A stretch of 64,000 bases of DNA, taken from Candidatus Multivoradales bacterium. Its GTDB lineage: Bacteria > Acidobacteriota > Thermoanaerobaculia > Multivoradales > J023. The notes below the pieces were generated by a model. It did no database searches, had not been told where the DNA came from, and was given only the letters and a program-made list of their open reading frames with translations. Positions 58,701 to 64,000 of the stretch are shown piece by piece. The DNA is taken from assembly GCA_965248925.1 (NCBI GenBank), contig CBDFLE010000005.1, positions 704,001 through 768,000 on the forward strand, written 5' to 3'. The translations under genes and the position numbers were made by a program. How positions within the stretch are numbered: position 1 is the first letter of the stretch; each line of letters opens with the position of its first letter.

Positions 58701-59336
58701 CACGACGAGCAAGCTCACGAGGGCGCACGGGCCCTGTCAGTCGATACGTTGCGCTGGCAGGGGTTCAGCAAGTTCGCCATTCCCACCAAGGAACGCGGTC
58801 CGGTGATGGAGAAATACCAAGGCATTGTTGAGCAGCTGAAACGCTTTGCCGATGCCTGCCTCTATCTCAGTGATCGCGAAGTGCTCTTCCGCGAGACCCG
58901 GAAGCAGCGGATCATCCTGCACGCGCGCTTGAAGGCGGCCTTCGAGGTAGCTCCTGAGTTTGCCGAGTCCCTGGGTTTGGTTGCCGACCGCGGCTTCGAG
59001 GTCCATGCCCTGCGCCGTGCCATGCGGGTGCGGCTGGATGGTCGTGCGGCGCCACAGGTCTTTGTCTGCCTTACCCAATCGAGGCCGCTGGAGGAGCACC
59101 CGGCAAAGGGTAGGGCTCGGCGCTACTTCCGCGGTGGTTCGACCTTGGTGGTGGATCTCGCCAGGCCAGATGTTCCCAAGTACCGGATCGTCAAGAATAT
59201 CAAGAGCCACCAGCGACGCCGAGCAACAGCAGACTTCATACACACCGTCGAAGCCGACCCGCTGCGCCGGCTGTTCTTCTCGACCGACCGCGACGAGCCC
59301 TTCGCGGCTCTGCACGAACTAGCCGATGAGCATTAG
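55785..59336 (+). CDS. S8 subtilase fused to a thermolysin-like (M4/M36-type) metallopeptidase
   Basis: S8: 'HLDTG', 'GHGTGT', 'AAGN', 'GTSSATP'. Gluzincin: 'NAYY', 'HETTH', 'HEAFAD'. Confidence 0.9.
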   Translation: MSDTKISGSGDLLVKLRPSSRLGAAGRRLDLEPLHDSPVVAPGAFGFDAAPQWFLLRRSEEAASPWDQAHARVAAQLGIDESDVLFAEPDLYHAVYPESDAAPVGGALEAVGADCVAQAQDGRRGKAARAGEFAWHLERGFSQLGKAREAVHFDTPRTRIGHLDTGYYPAHETRPANILQHLERNFVAKDGNLSNAADPDNNLLLLDNSGHGTGTLGILAGGPVSAHGGEILGGAPEADIVPIRIADSVVLLRTSALARAVRYAADAGCAVATLSMGGVPTRAWGEAVDAAYEAGLCLCAAAGNHVGFAPPRKLIYPARYPRVIAVCGVMANGKPYAKLKGTAMEGSHGPKSAMAYALAAYTPNIPWAKFGCPDVVRLNGEGTSSATPQVAAAAALWIEKYKHQLPGDWRRVEAVRFALFSSAKHPSNLKYFGRGIVQAAKALAVKPRLHLERSGRSDSSFAFLRVVTGLGIDQPTSREEMFNIELAQRWLMNDDLQKLVPDPEAAGELSARELKSFMEAVIEDPDASHALRRHVLSRYPVAIGRPAPKAARINLEPELPPVGIGTPKVPAPAHRRLRVYALDPSLSKRLDTVDVNEVTLRVRWEELRRGPTGEYLQVKDKGPHNYPGVNLNDRSLLAQDGWAPSEGNPQFHQQMVYAVAMKTIEHFERALGRPVLWRPRPNLENAHDDSEFLRRLQIRPHALQQANAYYSPQEVALLFGYFKAKRDSGYLPGSPVYTCLSHDVIAHETTHAILDGMYRRFNEPTNVDVLAFHEAFADIVSLLQHFTMPELLAHEISQTRGDLEAESVLGKLAVQLGRGAGGRGALRNAIGRVEQGVWHRFEADPEDLAQRQTPHARGAVLVAAVFDALIAIYKQRTADLLRISTGGTGLLSGGAIHPDLVRRLAAEAAKSASHVLAMCIRALDYLPPVDVTFFDFLRALITADFEMVADDRHNYRVAFVEAFSRRAIFPGDHDEQAHEGARALSVDTLRWQGFSKFAIPTKERGPVMEKYQGIVEQLKRFADACLYLSDREVLFRETRKQRIILHARLKAAFEVAPEFAESLGLVADRGFEVHALRRAMRVRLDGRAAPQVFVCLTQSRPLEEHPAKGRARRYFRGGSTLVVDLARPDVPKYRIVKNIKSHQRRRATADFIHTVEADPLRRLFFSTDRDEPFAALHELADEH

Positions 59337-59568
59337 GTGGAGGCTTTCGACAGTCAACGGACCGAAGAAACTTCGCTTAGAGCCCGCGAAGAAATAACGT
59401 TTGAGTACCGAGGCCGCTCAGGCGCGTCGTTAGCAACGCCGCGAGAGGCGATGCGGGAGTGGCCGAATACCGGAACTGATTCTGTCGCAGGTCCCTAGCG
59501 TAGTTTTTCGGTCCGATGATTGTCGAAGGCCGCGGACTGCAGCGATCAGCGTTGACGCCGCGCCTCAT

Positions 59569-60651
59569 CTAGCGCCGCATCGGTGCGGTTTCGGGCTCAG
59601 TATTGCCGAGGTTTGGTAACGCGTAGACCCGGCCTTGGAAGGTGCCAACGTAGAGGGTTCCTGCTGCCCAGCTGAGGCCTCTGGCGATCCCTTCCACCCG
59701 GGTGCTCCACAGCTCCTTCCCATCTTCGAGGCTCACGGCGAGAACCCGCCCACGCTGATTGCCAAGCAGGGCCATACCGTCACCGACCCACGGTTGGTAG
59801 GCGGTCCATTCGAGTTCTGAGGTGAGTTGCCAGCGCTCGCTCAACGGATCGCCGGTGAGGCAGGCGAGCCGGTGCTGTTGGCCGACGCGGCCGAGGGCTA
59901 GCAGGCAGTCGCCAGCGCTGGTGAGGTTGCCGTAGACGAACTCTGCCCAGCGCCTCTCGCTGCGAATCTCGCCATTGGTGGCATCGAGTAGCAGGATCGT
60001 GCCGTCGAGGGTGCCAACACCGATCTGCCCCGCGAAGGCGACCAACGAGGTGTTCAGAGTCCCGCCGACGGTGCTCTGCCACAGCAATGCGCCAGCGGCA
60101 GGGTCGAGGGCATAGACGGTGGCCGAGTCGCGAAAGAAGAAGCGGCCGCCAGCGAGCACCGGGTCGCCGTTCAAAGCCTCCTTGCCGGTCTCGGTCTGGT
60201 ACTGCCAGACGGTGCGGCCGGTGGCCTGATCAAGGGCGAAGGCGCGGCCCTCGACGGTGGCGCCGAGTACCAGATTGTCGTAGGCCAGCAGGTCGCTGGC
60301 CACATCTCCGAGGCCCGCTTGCCATTGCAGCGCGCCACTGGCGAGGTCGAAGGCGTAGATCAGCCCTTCCGCTGGCCCGTCGATGTCGGTGCCGACGATG
60401 ACCCGCTGGTCAGCGACCAGCAAATCACCGTGAAAGCTGGCCGGCGGTCCGTCGGTGGCGGTGTCATAGCGCCAGCGCAGCTTTCCGGTCTCGACATCGA
60501 GGGCGTCGAGCTTGCCGGAGCAGGAGCCGATCAGCACACTGTCCCCGACGACCGCCGGGGCGATGAACACTCAGCCTCTGGATTCGTGACGCCAGCGTTC
60601 GACGGGCTGGACGGCGGTGGTCAGTAGCAGCAGTAACGGGATCAGATGCAT
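59569..60651 (-). CDS. PQQ-like beta-propeller with in-frame UGA at codon 27 (candidate selenoprotein, or nonsense allele)
   Basis: GAGGAGG RBS, ATG 60651, signal-like MHLIPLLLLLTTA, TGA at 60573-60571, then a 333-aa in-frame propeller ORF. Confidence 0.75.
60543..60560 (-). promoter_or_regulatory. Candidate bacterial SECIS hairpin
   Basis: CCCCGGC-GGUC-GUCGGGG, starting 10 nt 3' of the UGA. Confidence 0.55.
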
Positions 60652-60745
60652 GGTACCTCCTCTGTTTACTGGGTACTACGCAAGTGGCGTATAGGATGTT
60701 TGCCGGCGGTGGGCCGGCGACCAGCATCGGGTGGCTGTACCATGC

Positions 60746-63337
60746 CTAAAGCGCGCCCCTCGCCAGCCGCCGAACGATGTCGGCGAAGCGCCGTTGCAAA
60801 CACCGTCCAACTGCCTCGTAGGACAGCTCTTCAGCCACTCTCCGGCGGCCCTCGGCACCTCTCCGCAAGGCTTCCTGGCGGTTGTCGTAGATCTCACGCA
60901 AGCGCTCGGCGAGGTGCCCTTCATCGATCTCCGCCCACTTCGACCCGGCCTGGTAAGGGCCCTGGTCAGTGGCCAGCTCGACCCGCCGATAGCGCACCGG
61001 GAAACCATCGTTGAGATCAAAGAAGTCGCGCACTCCCGAGTAGGGGGCGGCGACCACCGGCTTGCCCAAGGCCATCGCCTCAACCAGGGTCAGACCGAAT
61101 CCCTCGGCACGGTGGGGCGAAGCATAGGCATCGGCAGTGGCCAGCAGGCGCCAGGTGTCGGCACGATCGAGATAGTCGTCGAGCAAATGGATCGAGGCGC
61201 CCTTGGTAGCTTCGACGAGCCGCTGATGGGCGGCAGTGGCGAAGCTGGCTTGAGAGGTCTTGAGGAGCAGCTGAACGTCGTTGTCGGGGCTGAAGGCGCG
61301 GCGAAAAGCGCGTACCAGAGCGAGCGGGTTCTTGCGCTCGAAATGACTGAGGAAGTTGAACATGTAAAGCACCACGAAGGTACTCGGAGAGAGACCGAAG
61401 TGCTGCCGGTGGGCGCTGCTGTCGACCTCGAGGTCGGCCGGTGCTTCGATGGGCAGGGGCAGCCGGCGCACCGGGATGGGTGCCGCCGAGCCGATCGCGT
61501 CGACACAGTAGACGCTCGCACTCCACACCTCGTGCAGCGGATCGAAGGCCCGTGCCCAGCGGCGGGGGAATTCTTCCATCTCCCACAGCCAGTAGCCGAT
61601 GTTGAAACGACCGCCGAGAACCTCGCCGCCGAGCCGGGTGGTCACCGGCCCGACCTGGTCGGCGTTGACCACCAGTAGGTTGATGTCGTAGGGAAGGTCG
61701 CTGCTGCTGGCGGCGATGCTGAGGTCTTGCTGGCGGGCGACGACTCCCAAATCTAGCTTGTGCAAGGAGAATGGAATGGTTGTGGTATCGAGTGCCCGTG
61801 CCAGCCCGCGGGCTGCTTCGCCCATGCCGGTCTCGGCCTCTAGATAGCCCACCAGGTTGATTCCCGGATGATCCAGCCGCCGGGGCAGGGGCGCTCTCCG
61901 GGGGGCGCACCCTGGCTGACCGGTAGCTTCGGCGACAGCTCGCTTAGGGCGCAGCCATCGCTTGAGGGCGCGGCTGCGTTCAGCTCCCAGCAGTGTCTTC
62001 AGCCTGCCTTTGCCGGAGATCGCCAGAGGTGATCTCCAGGCCCGTTTGGCGCGGTTTCGCAGCCTTCTCTTCAAGCCGGCGGCGGTGAGCAGAGAAGCGC
62101 GCGATTCGCGGTGCAGCCCGCTCAGCAAGGGTTCGTCCAGGCCCAGCTCGTAGCGGCCATAGTCCCGCAGCCAGGAGGAGAACTCGGCCAACGAAGCCCG
62201 CTCGGGGTCGGGAAAGTCGGCATGCAGGTCAGGCCTGCTCGCCCACAAGTGGCTGAGCAGGCGGCTGAGGTAGGGCGGCCGAGCTTTCCTAGTGCCAGCC
62301 GGCGCGGTGAGCCAGGCGAAGAAGCTGTCGGCAGAATCAGTGGCGAAAGGGTTGCCGAAGTGCCGTCGCCGCTGCTCGTCGAGCGCCAGGTAGAGCCGTC
62401 GGGCGGCGGGTGGGATTCGCACGCCGTTGTCAAACCGGGCGAAGGCGAAGGGCCAGCCCTTGCAATCGGCCCAACCCTCGGCGAAGAGGCGGTCGCGGTA
62501 GCGCCGGTAGAGTTCGGCGGCCTCGCCAATTTGGTCCAGGGTAAAGCGGTCCTGATGCTTGGAAACGTGCTGCAAGGCGTCGGGCTGAATACCACTGAAG
62601 TGAAAGAAGATCAGCGGCCGGCCGTTGACCTGCGCCACCTCGCCATCCAAGCTCACCCTGCGGCCATGGAGATTCCAATAGGCCACGTTGTAACCCGGAT
62701 CGCGCAGGATGTGAACTCCGGAGAATAGGCCAGGCACCAGATCGATCCACTTTTGATCGACGAACAGCCCTTGATCGATGCGCACCACGCATTGATCCCA
62801 CAGCCGTTCCTGCCACCAGCGCAGCAGACGCCGAGTCTCGTCGCTGTGCCGCAGGCCGATGAATCCCAGGTTGTAGGTACCGCTCTGCAGGATGCTCTGC
62901 TCGCCGGGGTGAGCGTCGTCCTCGATCGGCTGATCGAGATGGGGGGTTAGCACTACCTGATGCTCGCCCAGCAGGCGATCGAGCTCGCCCAAGTCGCCGC
63001 TGATCCAGATGTCGGGGTCGATGTAGAGCAAGCGCTCGACGCCGTGATGTTCGAAAAGGTGTTCGAGGAAGTAGGGTTTTGCCGCTGTATTGCCTTCGAG
63101 CACGGTGTATTTGAAAAGGAATCCAGCGCGTTCGGGGATCTTAAGCTGTTCCACTTCGAGCAGTTCGAAAGGCTCGTCCGAGTCGTCGATAAAGCCTTCG
63201 TTGCGGTCGTAAAGCAGCACGAAGAAGTGCCCGGCCGGGTGGCTGTCGGCGAACGAACGAGCCAACACCCGCGCGAACGGCAGGTAATTCTTCGACACGA
63301 TGGTGCAGGCGTCTAGGGGCATCGTTCTGTTCTGCAA
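60746..63337 (-). CDS. Two-domain glycosyltransferase (GT-A-like N-domain + GT4-like C-domain)
   Basis: 'YIDPDI', 'YNLGF', 'DQKWIDL', 'YNVAYWNL'; 'ERKNP', 'HRAEGFGLTLVEAMALGKPVV'. Confidence 0.9.
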   Translation of the reverse strand: MQNRTMPLDACTIVSKNYLPFARVLARSFADSHPAGHFFVLLYDRNEGFIDDSDEPFELLEVEQLKIPERAGFLFKYTVLEGNTAAKPYFLEHLFEHHGVERLLYIDPDIWISGDLGELDRLLGEHQVVLTPHLDQPIEDDAHPGEQSILQSGTYNLGFIGLRHSDETRRLLRWWQERLWDQCVVRIDQGLFVDQKWIDLVPGLFSGVHILRDPGYNVAYWNLHGRRVSLDGEVAQVNGRPLIFFHFSGIQPDALQHVSKHQDRFTLDQIGEAAELYRRYRDRLFAEGWADCKGWPFAFARFDNGVRIPPAARRLYLALDEQRRRHFGNPFATDSADSFFAWLTAPAGTRKARPPYLSRLLSHLWASRPDLHADFPDPERASLAEFSSWLRDYGRYELGLDEPLLSGLHRESRASLLTAAGLKRRLRNRAKRAWRSPLAISGKGRLKTLLGAERSRALKRWLRPKRAVAEATGQPGCAPRRAPLPRRLDHPGINLVGYLEAETGMGEAARGLARALDTTTIPFSLHKLDLGVVARQQDLSIAASSSDLPYDINLLVVNADQVGPVTTRLGGEVLGGRFNIGYWLWEMEEFPRRWARAFDPLHEVWSASVYCVDAIGSAAPIPVRRLPLPIEAPADLEVDSSAHRQHFGLSPSTFVVLYMFNFLSHFERKNPLALVRAFRRAFSPDNDVQLLLKTSQASFATAAHQRLVEATKGASIHLLDDYLDRADTWRLLATADAYASPHRAEGFGLTLVEAMALGKPVVAAPYSGVRDFFDLNDGFPVRYRRVELATDQGPYQAGSKWAEIDEGHLAERLREIYDNRQEALRRGAEGRRRVAEELSYEAVGRCLQRRFADIVRRLARGAL

Positions 63338-63352
63338 CTCGGTGATTGCGGC

Positions 63353-64000
63353 TTAGCAGCCGGCCACTGCATGGCGGTAGAAGTCTAGGGTAGCTGCGGC
63401 GGTGGCGGGCCAAGAAAAAAGCGCTGCCCGCTGTAATCCCCGCTGCCGCAGGTCGGCGGCCAGCGCTGCATCGCCCAACAGCCGTTCGAGGGCGCTGGTG
63501 ATCGACGCCGTATCGAGTGGATCCACCAACAGGGCGGCATCGCCGGCCACCTCCGGCATCGAGGTGGTGTTAGCGGTGATCACTGGCGCGCCACAGGCCA
63601 TCGCTTCGAGAATCGGCAAGCCAAATCCCTCGGCCAGCGAGGGAAAAACGAAAGCTGAGGCGCAGCTGTAGAGATCCGCCAATTGCTGCCGCTTGACATG
63701 CCCCAGCCGATGGACGAAGTCTGCTCCCTCCAGCCGCCGCTCCAGCTGCTTATTGCGCCAGCCCCCACCGGCGGCGATCGCCAGCGGAAATCTTCGCCGC
63801 AGCTCTGCCGGCAAGGCGCAATGCGCTTCGAGCAGGCGCAGGAGGTTCTTACGCGGCTCCAGGGTGCCGACGGCGAGCACGTAACCACCCTCCAGGCCGA
63901 GCTGTTGCAGCCGTTGTCGTGCGGCGGCCGCCTCTTGCGGTCGCATATCGACCCCGGCCGCCGAATGCACCACCTGCAAGCGATCTCCGTCGATGCCAAA
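63353..64000 (-). CDS. Glycosyltransferase family 4 (5' end beyond the right edge)
   Basis: 'VGTLEPRKN', 'FPSLAEGFGLPILEAMACG'. Confidence 0.92.
   Translation of the reverse strand, partial: FGIDGDRLQVVHSAAGVDMRPQEAAAARQRLQQLGLEGGYVLAVGTLEPRKNLLRLLEAHCALPAELRRRFPLAIAAGGGWRNKQLERRLEGADFVHRLGHVKRQQLADLYSCASAFVFPSLAEGFGLPILEAMACGAPVITANTTSMPEVAGDAALLVDPLDTASITSALERLLGDAALAADLRQRGLQRAALFSWPATAAATLDFYRHAVAGC

Overview
High-GC bacterial DNA. Gene content (signal-peptide Rhs, VWA/Ig protein, FxDxFESG-tailed secreted protein, TPR-CHAT, several PQQ-type propellers) suggests Acidobacteriota; this is inference only. Positions 1-12.8 kb are an accessory toxin region. It holds two paralogous minus-strand operons at an offset of exactly 8499 bp, each with an ECF-type promoter, a small secreted Ig-like protein and a Sec-signal Rhs protein; copy 1 runs off the left edge. 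Copy 2 ends in a permuted papain-like toxin tip followed by a GspG-like putative immunity gene. Each operon is bordered by a comM fragment starting at the CxCG motif. A RAYT transposase and gene remnants lie between the copies. Positions 12.9-44.2 kb are mostly housekeeping: peroxiredoxin, FGE-domain protein, decayed ECF sigma, SDR, MATE, TRAP-TAXI, VWA protein, truD, AraC plus Mo-oxidoreductase, SahR-like regulator with ahcY, minor pseudopilins, antiporter, and aceE-aceF-lpdA. Positions 44.4-49.8 kb hold a TPR-CHAT / unknown protein / subtilase module. The right end has an MFS transporter, propellers, a DUF445 protein, an S8-thermolysin-like fusion protease and glycosyltransferases. The best novelty candidate is a beta-propeller gene (59569-60651) with an in-frame UGA at codon 27, followed by a SECIS-like hairpin with a GGUC loop, which may be an undescribed selenoprotein. 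No rRNA, tRNA or CRISPR array was recognised. All assignments come from motif recognition by eye; no searches were run.
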